Sequence record: PP724615.1
Reading direction: 5' to 3' (one strand)
Origin: Escherichia phage HK6
Length of the DNA stretch: 64,000 nucleotides
Shown here: piece after piece, positions 26,177 to 36,278 of the stretch
How the letters are laid out: every line of letters starts with the position of its first letter
How positions within the stretch are numbered: position 1 is the first letter of the stretch
Translations under genes and position numbers: made by a program
Notes under the pieces: generated by a model
What the model saw: only the letters and a program-made list of their open reading frames with translations
Database searches by the model: none
What the model was told of the DNA's origin: nothing

Positions 26177-27051
26177 TGAGTAAATCCTGGGGAAAATTTA
26201 TTGAAGAAGAGGAAGCTGAAATGGCTTCCCGTCGTAACCTAATGATTGTCGATGGAACTAACTTAGGCTTTCGCTTCAAGCATAATAATAGTAAGAAACC
26301 ATTTGCCTCAAGTTATGTTTCCACTATTCAATCTCTTGCAAAATCTTATTCTGCTAGAACTACAATAGTTTTAGGGGATAAAGGGAAGTCAGCATTCCGC
26401 TTAGAGCATTTACCTGAGTATAAAGGGAACCGAGATGAGAAATACTCGCAGCGTACGGAAGAGGAGAAAGCGTTAGATGAGCAGTTCTTCGAGTATTTGA
26501 AAGATGCTTTCGAGTTATGTGAAACTACATTCCCAACTTTCACTATTCGTGGTGTAGAAGCAGACGACATGGCAGCTTATATTGTTAAGCTCATCGGGCA
26601 TCTATATGATCACGTTTGGCTAATTTCTACCGATGGTGACTGGGATACCTTATTAACTGATAAAGTTTCTCGTTTTTCTTTCACAACGCGTCGTGAATAC
26701 CATCTTCGTGATATGTATGAGCATCATAATGTTGATGATGTAGAGCAGTTTATCTCTCTGAAAGCAATTATGGGTGATTTAGGGGATAATATCCGTGGTG
26801 TCGAGGGTATCGGGGCAAAACGCGGGTATAATATTATTCGTGAATTTGGTAACGTTCTGGATATTATTGATCAGCTTCCACTGCCTGGAAAACAGAAATA
26901 TATACAGAATTTAAATGCTTCGGAAGAACTGCTTTATCGAAACCTAATTCTGGTTGATTTACCTACCTACTGTGTGGATGCTATTGCTGCTGTAGGTCAA
27001 GATGTATTAGATAAGTTTACAAAAGATATTTTGGAGATTGCAGAACAATGA
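26176..27051 (+). CDS. flap endonuclease / 5'-3' exonuclease (T5 D15-type), 291 aa
   Basis: N-terminal LMIVDGTNLGFRF, ISTDGDWDTL and the H3TH-like GVEGIGAKRG motif; length equals the 291-aa T5 D15 exonuclease. Confidence 0.85.
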   Translation: MSKSWGKFIEEEEAEMASRRNLMIVDGTNLGFRFKHNNSKKPFASSYVSTIQSLAKSYSARTTIVLGDKGKSAFRLEHLPEYKGNRDEKYSQRTEEEKALDEQFFEYLKDAFELCETTFPTFTIRGVEADDMAAYIVKLIGHLYDHVWLISTDGDWDTLLTDKVSRFSFTTRREYHLRDMYEHHNVDDVEQFISLKAIMGDLGDNIRGVEGIGAKRGYNIIREFGNVLDIIDQLPLPGKQKYIQNLNASEELLYRNLILVDLPTYCVDAIAAVGQDVLDKFTKDILEIAEQ

Positions 27052-27494
27052 TTAAAATTAAATTAACTCATCCAGATTGTATGCCTAAGATTGGTTCCGA
27101 AGATGCCGCAGGTATGGATCTACGAGCATTCTTTGGTACTAACCCTGCTGCAGATTTACGCGCTATTGCACCTGGTAAATCCCTAATGATTGACACCGGT
27201 GTCGCGGTGGAAATTCCGCGAGGTTGGTTCGGTTTGGTAGTTCCACGCAGCTCTTTAGGTAAGCGTCATCTGATGATTGCAAACACCGCAGGGGTGATCG
27301 ATTCAGACTATCGTGGAACTATTAAGATGAACCTTTATAACTATGGTTCTGAAATTCAAACTCTGGAGAATTTTGAAAGACTTTGTCAGCTAGTAGTAGT
27401 ACCACACTACTCAACTCATAATTTTGAAATCGTTGACGAACTGGGGGAGACTAATCGTGGGGAAGGCGGATTTGGAAGTTCAGGAAGCAAATAA
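27048..27494 (+). CDS. dut: dUTPase, 148 aa
   Basis: dUTPase motifs AGMDLRA, GVIDSDYRGTIKMNLYNYG and C-terminal RGEGGFGSSG. Confidence 0.85.
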   Translation: MIKIKLTHPDCMPKIGSEDAAGMDLRAFFGTNPAADLRAIAPGKSLMIDTGVAVEIPRGWFGLVVPRSSLGKRHLMIANTAGVIDSDYRGTIKMNLYNYGSEIQTLENFERLCQLVVVPHYSTHNFEIVDELGETNRGEGGFGSSGSK

Positions 27495-27508
27495 TTTTAC
27501 TGATCCTA

Positions 27509-27720
27509 ATATGATAGGTGTTGATACTAATGCGTCAACTTATCAGATTAAAACTACTGAACCAGAAACGTTTGTGCTAAGAACGGATAAAGAAGGTAAT
27601 GTTATTTTCTGGGATCCTGAAGGTTTTGTAGAGCTTTGTACTAATACAGATAATGAGCAGTTAAAATTACTACTAACTATTTATAATCTTGGCATTATAG
27701 AAGGTTGTAGAAGTGAATAA
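27509..27720 (+). CDS. hypothetical protein, ~70 aa
   Basis: Track ORF 27424-27720 overlaps the dUTPase 3' end; the first ATG after the dut stop is 27509; ends just before the bidirectional terminator. Confidence 0.3.
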
Positions 27721-27722
27721 CA

Positions 27723-27760
27723 GAAAAAACCCCAGTGGATTTTGTCCACTGGGGTTTATT
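27723..27760. terminator. bidirectional rho-independent terminator at the early/late convergence point
   Basis: AAAAAACCCCAGTGGATTTTGTCCACTGGGGTTTATT: 10-bp GC-rich stem flanked by an A-run and a T-run, usable from both strands. Confidence 0.6.
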
Positions 27761-27810
27761 GTACTTAGCATCATAAAACTACGCTAAGTTCTCTATATTA
27801 ACAAGTTTAT

Positions 27811-27975
27811 TTACAGGGCTTTAAGTTCTTCAGCGAAGTTACCGCGACCACCCCAACCGTTACCGATCCAGAAACCAATCAAACCACCAATTGCATCACC
27901 GATACCAGCCGCACCAGCTTCGCTACCAAAGCCGTCACCGCCCAGATTGGTAGGTAAAAGAGTCAAGTCAGACAT
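27811..27975 (-). CDS. small glycine-zipper peptide, 54 aa
   Basis: ATG at 27975 with GGAGA 7 nt upstream; product MSDLTLLPTNLGGDGFGSEAGAAGIGDAIGGLIGFWIGNGWGGRGNFAEELKAL; promoter-like TTTACA-16-TAGTAT at 28075-28048 (minus); below the 60-aa track threshold. Confidence 0.5.
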   Translation of the reverse strand: MSDLTLLPTNLGGDGFGSEAGAAGIGDAIGGLIGFWIGNGWGGRGNFAEELKAL

Positions 27976-28196
27976 AAGAAAATCTCCATATATGGGTTGT
28001 TAGACGGATGTAACCAGTTGGTTACACTGGTAAGTATACTCGCTAACATACTATTTACCATGATATGCGTGTAAATAAATTGTAAATAGCCTGGCATTGG
28101 TACTCCTATAATGCAATGGACGCCATGACTTGAACAAAAGGAGGGAGTTATGTTTAAACGCGGTGCGGTCATAGGTAAGGCGAGAAAGTGACAACT

Positions 28197-28228
28197 AAAA
28201 AAAAAAAAAAAAGGAGCCAAACGGCTCC
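28197..28228 (-). terminator. rho-independent terminator downstream of the tail fiber gene
   Basis: On the minus strand, hairpin GGAGCCGTTTGGCTCC followed by a 16-nt T-run (A16 on the plus strand). Confidence 0.65.
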
Positions 28229-28241
28229 TTAATTATTGTGG

Positions 28242-30899
28242 TTATGGCAGATCGTTGTTAACCACATTGCCCTTCAACGCAGCTATCTCCGCTTTCAAAC
28301 TATCAATTTCTGCTTTGAGCGCTTGAGTGGCGCCCATCAAGTCCATAATAATAGGGTTAGTATCAATTGAAGGTCTGTCTCGGGTCTTCTGTGAAACAAT
28401 TTTCTTCTCGACTTCACGACGAATAAATTTCTGTTCAATGCGTTGTTCTTTGATTTGTTCTGTAATACCAGTTTCGGGGTCGGTATAATCTACAGTAACC
28501 TCTACAGGTACATCCTCGTATATATCCTTATAAACATCCTCGTATACATCCTCATAAATCTCTTCATTGTGCTTCACATATTGTGGGGTGACTTTCTCCG
28601 ATTCTTCTGCAATAATACCAAATCTTATTCTTTCTTGTTCATCATCCTTATAAATAAAAGTGACCATGCGTTGTGCCATGATGCGGTTTAAAGCATCAAT
28701 AGGATTACCGTCATTGATCTCCTTTTTATATGCTAAGCCAGATGTTCCTTGCAGTGCAAGGGTTCCGGCAGCACTCGGAAGCCTAATCCAATACTCAGGC
28801 GAACCTGCTGGGGTATATGTTTGAAATCCATAGCTCCCTACAGTTTCGCTAAATCCAACACGGGTTCGAATAACTCCATTTGCTGCTAAGTTACAAGCAT
28901 AAGACGCTGCACCATTGGATCTAAACGTTGCAGCGTCGGTTCCTGCTTCCCCGCCACCTGCTACAATCCGCCCGGTAATATAGGTAGAGAACGCAAGTGT
29001 AATCCCAGTACCCGCACCCCCAATGATTACCGGAGTAGAATGATACGTGCCATCCTCATTGTAGTAGTAGAATGCATAGGCCCCGCTGGCAGCATGCCCT
29101 GATCGCCATCTTACAGTAGATGGACTGGAAGGTCCAGTATAGGCTGTGTAAGCCGTACCCGCACCCGTCGCTCTAACTAATAGGCTGTCTTGACTATAGC
29201 TCCCAGTTGTCCTGAGCTGACCAACTTCCCCAAATGAATTAGTCTTGTGAGATGGTAGCGTGACTGTTTTAGCTGAAGCGCTGTAGTTAAAGACAGCATT
29301 AGTGCTACTAGTATTATTCTCCTGGAGTCGTATGCTACCGCCATCCATAACCATAACATAGCCAGTTACATCACCTGCGGCGTCAACTTCTTCAAATTTA
29401 ATTGTTGGGTTAGCACTCTTGATTAAAAGAGGGTCACTAGCGGTCGCCCCAAATTCTGCATTAAGGTTAAACTTCTGCTTTTTGGTAAAAGTATTTTCAG
29501 CACCAAGTCTAGCTATGCTGGAAGGGTCCATTGAATCCACATACCCTTTCGCACGGTTAGCTTCCTCTGTTGCTAGGGTAGCTTTCTGCCCTGCGGTTGT
29601 AGCGCTGCCTGCGGCTGCTGTAGCTTGTTTCACCGCTTCGGTTGCACTAGCACCCGCTTGAGTTGCAGAAGCTGCGGCAGCGTCTTTTAGTGGGGTTATT
29701 GCATTAATTGCTTCCGTCTTAGCTGTATTAACTTCTTTGACTGCGTCGGCTTTAGCTGTTGCGACTTCAGTCAACGCGGAGTCTTTAATTGCTTGAGTAT
29801 CTGTTTTTAACTGAGTAACGTCAGCCTTAATCTGAGTAACTGTAGCTACAGCAGCGTTAGTTGTGTTAGCAGACCCCGCCGCGTCAGCTTGTGCTTGTCT
29901 AGCAGCCTCTTCACTAGCTTTTGAGTTAGTTTCACTAGCTTTTGAGTTAGTTTCTGAATTTTTTGCTGCAGCAGCAGCAGCAGTAGCCTGCGTAGCGAAT
30001 ATTTCTGCCTCATCCCTGAATCCTTTGGAATCAGAAGCAGATGCAGCACTACTAGCAGCGTTAGTTTCTGAAGTTTTAGCTGCGGAAGCGGATGCAGCAG
30101 CGTTAGTTTCTGAAGCTTTTGCAGCTGCAGCAGAAGCAGCCGCAGCCGTTTCTGAGGTTTTAGCCGCTGAAGCAGAAGCAGACGCAGCAGTTTTGCTACT
30201 ATTAGCATTAGTCTCAGAAGTTTTAGCCGCTGTTTCACTAGCTTTTGCATTAGTCTCAGAAGTTTTAGCTGCGGTTTCACTAGCTTTTGCGTTGGTTTCT
30301 GAAATTTTTGCTGCTGTTTCACTAGCTTTTGCATTAGTCTCAGAAGTCTTAGCAGCTTTAGCACTGTTAGCAGAAGCAGTAGCAGAAGAAGCAGAAGCAG
30401 TAGCAGAAGAAACAGACTGAGCTGCAGAAGAAGCAGACTGAGTTGCAGATTGTTGAGAAGATCCTGCGGAAATTTCTGCTTCATTCTCAGAAGTTTTAGC
30501 CGCTATTTCACTTGCTTTTGCGTTAGTTTCTGAAGTTTTAGCCGCTATTTCACTTGCTTTTGCATTGGTCTCAGAAGTCTTAGCAGCTTTAGCACTATTA
30601 GCCGAAGCAGTAGCAGAAGACGCAGACTGAGTTGCAGATTGCTGGGAAGATGTTGCGGAAATTTCAGCTTCATTCTCAGAGTCTTTAGCACTTAATTCTG
30701 ACTGTTTAGCATTAATCTCAGATTGCTTAGCTGCTGCAGCGGATGCTTTAGAGGACTCTATAGCAGAGGTTAGCTCTGCAGCAGTAATGGAGCTAATTGT
30801 ATTCCCAAGAACTACAGTGTATTTAGGGTATTTACTTGCAGTTACACTATTTTGGTCCATAGTGACCATTTGTTGTAAAATTATTTTCGTTATAGCCAT
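28242..30899 (-). CDS. tail fiber protein with Ala/Ser-rich tandem repeats and C-terminal intramolecular chaperone (S74-like) domain, 885 aa
   Basis: C-terminal SGLAYK (Ser/Lys dyad candidate) followed by IDALNRIMAQRMVTFIYKDD...RFGIIAEESEKV typical of autoproteolytic fiber chaperone domains; N-terminal half made of (K)TSETNAKASE(T/I)AA repeats. Confidence 0.7.
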   Translation of the reverse strand: MAITKIILQQMVTMDQNSVTASKYPKYTVVLGNTISSITAAELTSAIESSKASAAAAKQSEINAKQSELSAKDSENEAEISATSSQQSATQSASSATASANSAKAAKTSETNAKASEIAAKTSETNAKASEIAAKTSENEAEISAGSSQQSATQSASSAAQSVSSATASASSATASANSAKAAKTSETNAKASETAAKISETNAKASETAAKTSETNAKASETAAKTSETNANSSKTAASASASAAKTSETAAAASAAAAKASETNAAASASAAKTSETNAASSAASASDSKGFRDEAEIFATQATAAAAAAKNSETNSKASETNSKASEEAARQAQADAAGSANTTNAAVATVTQIKADVTQLKTDTQAIKDSALTEVATAKADAVKEVNTAKTEAINAITPLKDAAAASATQAGASATEAVKQATAAAGSATTAGQKATLATEEANRAKGYVDSMDPSSIARLGAENTFTKKQKFNLNAEFGATASDPLLIKSANPTIKFEEVDAAGDVTGYVMVMDGGSIRLQENNTSSTNAVFNYSASAKTVTLPSHKTNSFGEVGQLRTTGSYSQDSLLVRATGAGTAYTAYTGPSSPSTVRWRSGHAASGAYAFYYYNEDGTYHSTPVIIGGAGTGITLAFSTYITGRIVAGGGEAGTDAATFRSNGAASYACNLAANGVIRTRVGFSETVGSYGFQTYTPAGSPEYWIRLPSAAGTLALQGTSGLAYKKEINDGNPIDALNRIMAQRMVTFIYKDDEQERIRFGIIAEESEKVTPQYVKHNEEIYEDVYEDVYKDIYEDVPVEVTVDYTDPETGITEQIKEQRIEQKFIRREVEKKIVSQKTRDRPSIDTNPIIMDLMGATQALKAEIDSLKAEIAALKGNVVNNDLP
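29850..30720 (-). repeat. imperfect in-frame tandem repeats (~39-bp units) inside the tail fiber gene
   Basis: Recurring GCTTTTGCATTAGTCTCAGAAGTTTTAGCNGC units; both-strand long ORFs in the track (29846-30484, 29863-30420) are artefacts of this low complexity. Confidence 0.6.
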
Positions 30900-31321
30900 T
30901 ATTGAGTTACCCCGTCACTAATATAAATTTTACCTTCCATAATACGGAAAGAGCTAGTAGCACTACCAACAGCTGTTCTAGTAATTATAACATCGTAGTA
31001 TCCAGCTAACCTTTGTCTAGGATTATACCTATCCCTTTCTTTGGATGCTTTGGAAGCAATAGTAGTTACGGCATTAACAGGTAAGCTTATAGATGCTACA
31101 CCTTGTCTAGCATCCACAATAGAAGTGGTAAAGGATGCTAAAGTTTCAGCTCCATCTTCTAAGCTACTTTTAATACTTCCTCTAAGAGAGAAGCCAGTAA
31201 GATCTACTGGCTTAGATGTAGCAGGATAAACACTATCATCTACATCCATAAATTGCATAAGTAAACCATAAGGTACGTTTTCGTCTACTACTAAATCAAT
31301 AACTCTATTTTCTGTACTCAT
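30899..31321 (-). CDS. tail structural protein (position and size of the T5 collar/p132-type protein), 140 aa
   Basis: Size and synteny only; start overlaps the stop of the upstream gene. Confidence 0.35.
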   Translation of the reverse strand: MSTENRVIDLVVDENVPYGLLMQFMDVDDSVYPATSKPVDLTGFSLRGSIKSSLEDGAETLASFTTSIVDARQGVASISLPVNAVTTIASKASKERDRYNPRQRLAGYYDVIITRTAVGSATSSFRIMEGKIYISDGVTQ

Positions 31322-31325
31322 TATT

Positions 31326-33428
31326 TTACCTTATATGGATATACCCGTTTTGCAGGTCTATCTTCATTTTGTAAGATCCCTCTGGATTAGAGGATAGTGC
31401 TGCTGCACGATCATATATAATATTTACACCAATTTGTGATAAGAAAGCGTTATTAGCAACAATTTTACTAGCAGTTACTGTACCATTAACTATCATATCA
31501 CCATGTAAAACCATTGCAGGGCTAGCCCATGCTGAACCATTCCACTGCCTAGTAAACGCTGTTCCTGGTGCTCCGCTCTTATACTCTGTTAGTACATCAT
31601 ATTTAACAGGACCAGTACCAAAGTTAGATGTAAAAAACGAATTAGCTTGAGAATCATTCCATGCTGTTAAATTCGCAATAGCAAGAGAATACATTCCAGG
31701 ACCACGTTGTCCATTATTACCTGGTCGTCCATCAGCTCCTGGTTTACCATCTGCTCCTGGTCTACCATCAACACCTTCAGTACCACTCCATTGAACTACA
31801 TCTGACCAACTGGTTCCGGATACTAACTGATTAGTAACAGGGTCTAGAGTACCAGTAGAGCAGTAAATATTTTGAGTATTAGATGTTCTATTTGGTGGGG
31901 TTTTAGACCAACCAGAAGGTGGGTATGCAGGGCTTGTTGGTTTAGCAGGTAATGAAGTACCTAGAATATAAATAAATACTGTTTGTTTACCCTGTATACC
32001 CGTCGCTATATCAATGTCGCCATTAGGTGTACCGATCACAACTCCACTAGAAATTCTTAAGGTATCACCATCATAACGAATATATTGTGTAGCATTACCG
32101 ATATCTAGTTTTGGCTTCGCAGTAGCATTATCCATACCCATCCAAATACCAGATTTTGTATCCCCCCAAGTTTTACCTTGAGTATAGATTGCAGGGTTGT
32201 CTTGACCAGTCAAATTAGTCATGACAAAGTTCGCAGCATTAATGGTTTTGGTTATTACACTTCCATCAACGTTAACTATCTTTTTAATAGGGTCAAAAGA
32301 TATTGGTGCTTTTCCTTCGGCATCTAGAAGTCCAATGTTAATTGCACCGGTGGCAGCGTCTATTAGAAAGGTTTGTTTCCAGGTAGATCCATCTTTAATC
32401 TTACCCTTGATGTATGCATAGTTTACTTCGATACCGGTCTCATTAACAAAACTATTATCTAACGGTGTACTCTCATTTAGTATAAATGTCTGTACTGCGG
32501 AATCAGTAACATCTTGAGCATCTGGTCCCCAGGCAATAGATGACACTTTAAATTTATGCTCTACTTTCCATGGGAATGATATAATTGTTGCCGACTGAGC
32601 AGCCCCCACGTTGATTTTTTGTGCTTTAGTCCATCCAGTTCTTGCAAATTCTGCTGAATCTATATAAGAGACAACGAATTCACGAACGTTGGCACCTGCA
32701 CCCCTATTCCAATCCCATTGCACACGTAAATCATAGCGTTCTTTACCGTCTGCTATACGCGCAGCTTTAAACGCAATATTAACAGGAGCTGTAGGGGGTA
32801 CAAAGTTATATCTAACTTCAAAGACAGTAGGATACTCATAGTATCCAGATGAATCAATAGTTACTCCATCTGGTAGGGATATTTGTCCAGAAATTCTTAC
32901 CTTATAGAACCCTATTGGCACACCACCAAACATAATAGTTGGCATCAACGCACCAACATAATATTTAACCCACGGATTATTAGCATTAGAATTGTTTTTT
33001 AATTCTATAGTACAATAATCAGCTTCTCCTGTAGTATCTATATAAACTATTGGCGCTCCAACACCTACGTCTACAGGCTCTGATTCACATCTAGTACCTG
33101 TAATTCTAGGTGCCGACTTCATTTTAAAAGTTTGTTTGTCAGATAGATTAATACCTATCTGAGCATTAAGTAGTTCAGAGTCTATTATAGAATCATAAAA
33201 TGCACCCTGAACTTCATAAGTTGTTGTAGGTTTTAGGTTATTAATAGTTACAGAGAAGGTATCAACTCCAGTAAAATCTCTACGAGTAACATTGCTACCT
33301 TCTTTAAGCCAAAAAGATCTGCCTATAACGTCGTAATCAGAGTAGATAGAATGCTGGATATACGCCAACGTATATCCAGTTAAGACGCTATTTAGGACCA
33401 TTTTAGCTGGTGCATTATTTGAAATCAT
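31326..33428 (-). CDS. baseplate/central fiber protein (pb4-like) with collagen-like segment, 700 aa
   Basis: Size and synteny; Gly-X-Y run [27 protein letters not shown] near the C-terminus. Confidence 0.5.
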   Translation of the reverse strand: MISNNAPAKMVLNSVLTGYTLAYIQHSIYSDYDVIGRSFWLKEGSNVTRRDFTGVDTFSVTINNLKPTTTYEVQGAFYDSIIDSELLNAQIGINLSDKQTFKMKSAPRITGTRCESEPVDVGVGAPIVYIDTTGEADYCTIELKNNSNANNPWVKYYVGALMPTIMFGGVPIGFYKVRISGQISLPDGVTIDSSGYYEYPTVFEVRYNFVPPTAPVNIAFKAARIADGKERYDLRVQWDWNRGAGANVREFVVSYIDSAEFARTGWTKAQKINVGAAQSATIISFPWKVEHKFKVSSIAWGPDAQDVTDSAVQTFILNESTPLDNSFVNETGIEVNYAYIKGKIKDGSTWKQTFLIDAATGAINIGLLDAEGKAPISFDPIKKIVNVDGSVITKTINAANFVMTNLTGQDNPAIYTQGKTWGDTKSGIWMGMDNATAKPKLDIGNATQYIRYDGDTLRISSGVVIGTPNGDIDIATGIQGKQTVFIYILGTSLPAKPTSPAYPPSGWSKTPPNRTSNTQNIYCSTGTLDPVTNQLVSGTSWSDVVQWSGTEGVDGRPGADGKPGADGRPGNNGQRGPGMYSLAIANLTAWNDSQANSFFTSNFGTGPVKYDVLTEYKSGAPGTAFTRQWNGSAWASPAMVLHGDMIVNGTVTASKIVANNAFLSQIGVNIIYDRAAALSSNPEGSYKMKIDLQNGYIHIR

Positions 33429-36278
33429 TTAAATAGTAGCCCAACTAACAGATTGCTCACCATTTTCCCCTTCTGCTCTAATCCTAAATCGTAGTTTACG
33501 ATTAATTCCTAAAGCACCAGAGTTTAATAGTGCAAAATCCGCCTTATTATATGTTAATAGATAGTCATAAGTATAGGCATCCTCTATCCTAATACTACGA
33601 AGCATTCTATCCTGAGAATCATGTATTTCTAGAGTATAATAAATTTCTGGAATTATTTCTTCCTCAGGTATCTTATCCCAAGCAAGCTTCACGTCTGGCC
33701 CAACAAATTCAGTTACATCTCCAGAAGCTGTATTAGTTACTCTGAAGTTACTAACTACACTCAAGTTTCTAGCAGAGTTAAGATCCACGGAAAGAGTAAC
33801 AGGAGAACTACGTCTACCGTTAATATCAACAGCACGTAATTCAAAAATAGCTAAACCAGCAGGCTCACCTATAATCTCCTGAATCATCCTTTCATTAGGA
33901 TTATTCTCTAATTGCTGAATTATGTAAGGATCTACATGACCTGAATGAGCTATAGAATAATATACTACGTTATTAGTAAGACTAGGTAGCCAAGATAGTT
34001 CCCCATTTTTACCTATAGCACCTATCATGCCACCAGGAGTTGGGGTATATTTAAAGTCTCTAGGAGGAAGAACATTATTACTAATATCTGGAATATCATT
34101 GCCGCTATTATCCACTTGATCAGAATTGATGAATACATCTTCACCATACTCTTGTAGTGTTAAATTAATCTTACCATCACGAGTATTTTCTACTTCATCT
34201 ACTAAGAAGAACTTGTCTTTCCACCCATAACGCTCGTAAGTAAAAGCAATCGGGTCATTTGGCTCTATACCAATAAACTTATATGGTACTGAGAAGCTAA
34301 GTGTACGTGAGTACCTGGACTTTTTAAGCTCTCTATCAGCGTAACTACGAGCGGTGTAGTAGTTAGTAATATTTGCAAAAGATAGCTGAAGTTTTTTATC
34401 CAAACCCTTATCTTGTTCTTTAAACTTAGAGTTATAGAATGTAATAGAGTTTGTTTTCCAGCTTAGTGCAGGATCTACTAAAGATGCTTGTACTGAGTTA
34501 AACTTATTCCTACCAGTAGTATCAGATAAGTCTAAGTCCCCATAAGTATCTAGAAAACCTATTTTCAAAGGAGTTGTAGAGTGCTTCTCTACAGTTATTC
34601 TATACTCACCAGATAAGTTATTTATAGCACCACCAAAAGAGTCTAGTACTCCCTGAACGTTTTTAAATACTGATTCGGAGGTGTCTAATATAGTGTTTAA
34701 CTGGACTACTTGGCGGTGTTCAGAAATAGAATCACTCCAACCAATATATCTCCAATAGGGTTGCCAACTAATCTGATAAGACTCATCGATTATATCCAGA
34801 ATTTTTGCTTCTGATATAATTTTTTGTAGTGGAAACTGATCTAGAGTTATATTAGCTCCATAACGTTCAGAGGTTAGATAGTCCATGAGCTGCCAGATAC
34901 CGTTAAGGCTAGTTTTATCAGCTTTAACAGACCCATCAGAGCTATATACTTTAACTTTCTTACCTTGTACTTCGGCACTAATTTCTGGAATTTCAGTTCT
35001 ATTCTCGTTAATAGTAAATCTAACTACAGCATAGGCTGTATCTAAGAGCTTATAACGAGAATCCCAGTACTCTGGACCATTGCCATTTTGATTCTGTAAA
35101 TAGAAACCTCTTCTTTTAGCAATATCTACTAGTACTTGAGCTGCTGTCTGGTCGGGTTTGCCATGAAAAGTCCATATTCTTATATCGCCATTACCATCAT
35201 TATACTTGTACTCCTGGCCATGTACAGAGGGTTGAGAAGTACTTGTACCCGCAGCCAATCTATGCATTGTATCGCCCACTAGTTTCTTACGACCAAAGCA
35301 GGTTCTAGCACTGGAATCCGTTTCATCAAAACAGATCATTGGGCTGTCACCAATATAGAAATCTAGAAATCCGTCAATTTCTCCTTCCGAAAACGCATAG
35401 ACTACATACACTATATTAGGGTTATTTAGCTCAGTATCTGCAAAAATAGGGATACCAGGAATTTTCTGAACCCCATATACAACAGGTATGAATTTAGCAG
35501 CTAAGTTAAAGTCTAAATCAACTTCTTTAGTTACAGTCTCATAATACTTTTTAAGACTGTAACTTCTTGATAGCCCAAAAAGTTTCTTCTTGGACTGAAG
35601 TTTATAGCGTTCTTCTTTTACCTGATATTTAGCTAATATAGTGGTACTTTTATTAGAGTGGAAGAATCCATAGTCTTCTTGGTACTCAGGGCGTTTAGCA
35701 CCATTTGATGGCTGAAGAGTCCCATTAACAACTTCAAGACCTCGGTGAGAAGCATCATCAGTATAACGACCATTCACTCTATCAAAGTCGTAGAACTGGT
35801 TGGAACAGTTCCACGTTATAACAGAAGTTCCTATACCAGAAGTGTTAACATTATCCTTTATTCCTCCGCCAGTAATTTTACCCCGAAAGAATAGTAAAGG
35901 TCCATTAGTATCAGGATCCACAGGAAGAATATTACCTTCTTCATCAATTATAGCTTGATGTATAGTGATAGTTCTATCTAAGAAAGATACTCCATTTTGA
36001 ACTAGTTTTAATACTTCATCTTCTGCTGTACCAGTTATGGTAAAAGATAGGCTCCCAATAGATAGTTCACGGTTTTGTTTATGGGAGCCGATACTTTTTA
36101 CTTTACCAGATCTATATAAGATTCCGTTATAAGTAACATCTCTAAAGTAGTCAGTTAAATAAATATAAGTAGCAGCAGAGCCTGATGAACTAGGAAGCTC
36201 TAAAGCTATAAGACAAGCTGTTTTTAGCTTGTCATGAGTATTAAGATATGTTTTAGCACTATCGAGTATCTGCTTCAT
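33429..36278 (-). CDS. baseplate hub protein (pb3-like), 949 aa
   Basis: Size identical to my recollection of T5 pb3 (949 aa) and position immediately downstream of the tape measure and distal tail protein genes. Confidence 0.5.
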   Translation of the reverse strand: MKQILDSAKTYLNTHDKLKTACLIALELPSSSGSAATYIYLTDYFRDVTYNGILYRSGKVKSIGSHKQNRELSIGSLSFTITGTAEDEVLKLVQNGVSFLDRTITIHQAIIDEEGNILPVDPDTNGPLLFFRGKITGGGIKDNVNTSGIGTSVITWNCSNQFYDFDRVNGRYTDDASHRGLEVVNGTLQPSNGAKRPEYQEDYGFFHSNKSTTILAKYQVKEERYKLQSKKKLFGLSRSYSLKKYYETVTKEVDLDFNLAAKFIPVVYGVQKIPGIPIFADTELNNPNIVYVVYAFSEGEIDGFLDFYIGDSPMICFDETDSSARTCFGRKKLVGDTMHRLAAGTSTSQPSVHGQEYKYNDGNGDIRIWTFHGKPDQTAAQVLVDIAKRRGFYLQNQNGNGPEYWDSRYKLLDTAYAVVRFTINENRTEIPEISAEVQGKKVKVYSSDGSVKADKTSLNGIWQLMDYLTSERYGANITLDQFPLQKIISEAKILDIIDESYQISWQPYWRYIGWSDSISEHRQVVQLNTILDTSESVFKNVQGVLDSFGGAINNLSGEYRITVEKHSTTPLKIGFLDTYGDLDLSDTTGRNKFNSVQASLVDPALSWKTNSITFYNSKFKEQDKGLDKKLQLSFANITNYYTARSYADRELKKSRYSRTLSFSVPYKFIGIEPNDPIAFTYERYGWKDKFFLVDEVENTRDGKINLTLQEYGEDVFINSDQVDNSGNDIPDISNNVLPPRDFKYTPTPGGMIGAIGKNGELSWLPSLTNNVVYYSIAHSGHVDPYIIQQLENNPNERMIQEIIGEPAGLAIFELRAVDINGRRSSPVTLSVDLNSARNLSVVSNFRVTNTASGDVTEFVGPDVKLAWDKIPEEEIIPEIYYTLEIHDSQDRMLRSIRIEDAYTYDYLLTYNKADFALLNSGALGINRKLRFRIRAEGENGEQSVSWATI

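Noticed and set aside
28150-28191. 13-codon plus-strand mini-ORF (MFKRGAVIGKARK) with a perfect AAGGAGG Shine-Dalgarno
   Set aside because: Too short to assess, no convincing promoter, and it sits on the strand opposite the local transcription units; kept only as a curiosity
27963-28220. 85-aa minus-strand ORF (MAPFFFFFSCHF...) spanning the A16 tract
   Set aside because: Reads through a terminator hairpin and homopolymer run, has no RBS, and overlaps the promoter/leader of the 54-aa peptide gene
29846-30484. Long ORFs on both strands (29846-30484 minus, 29863-30420 plus) within the tail fiber gene
   Set aside because: Artefacts of the Ala/Ser/Leu-coding tandem repeats; the products are low-complexity (poly-L or poly-A) and lie inside the 885-aa fiber ORF
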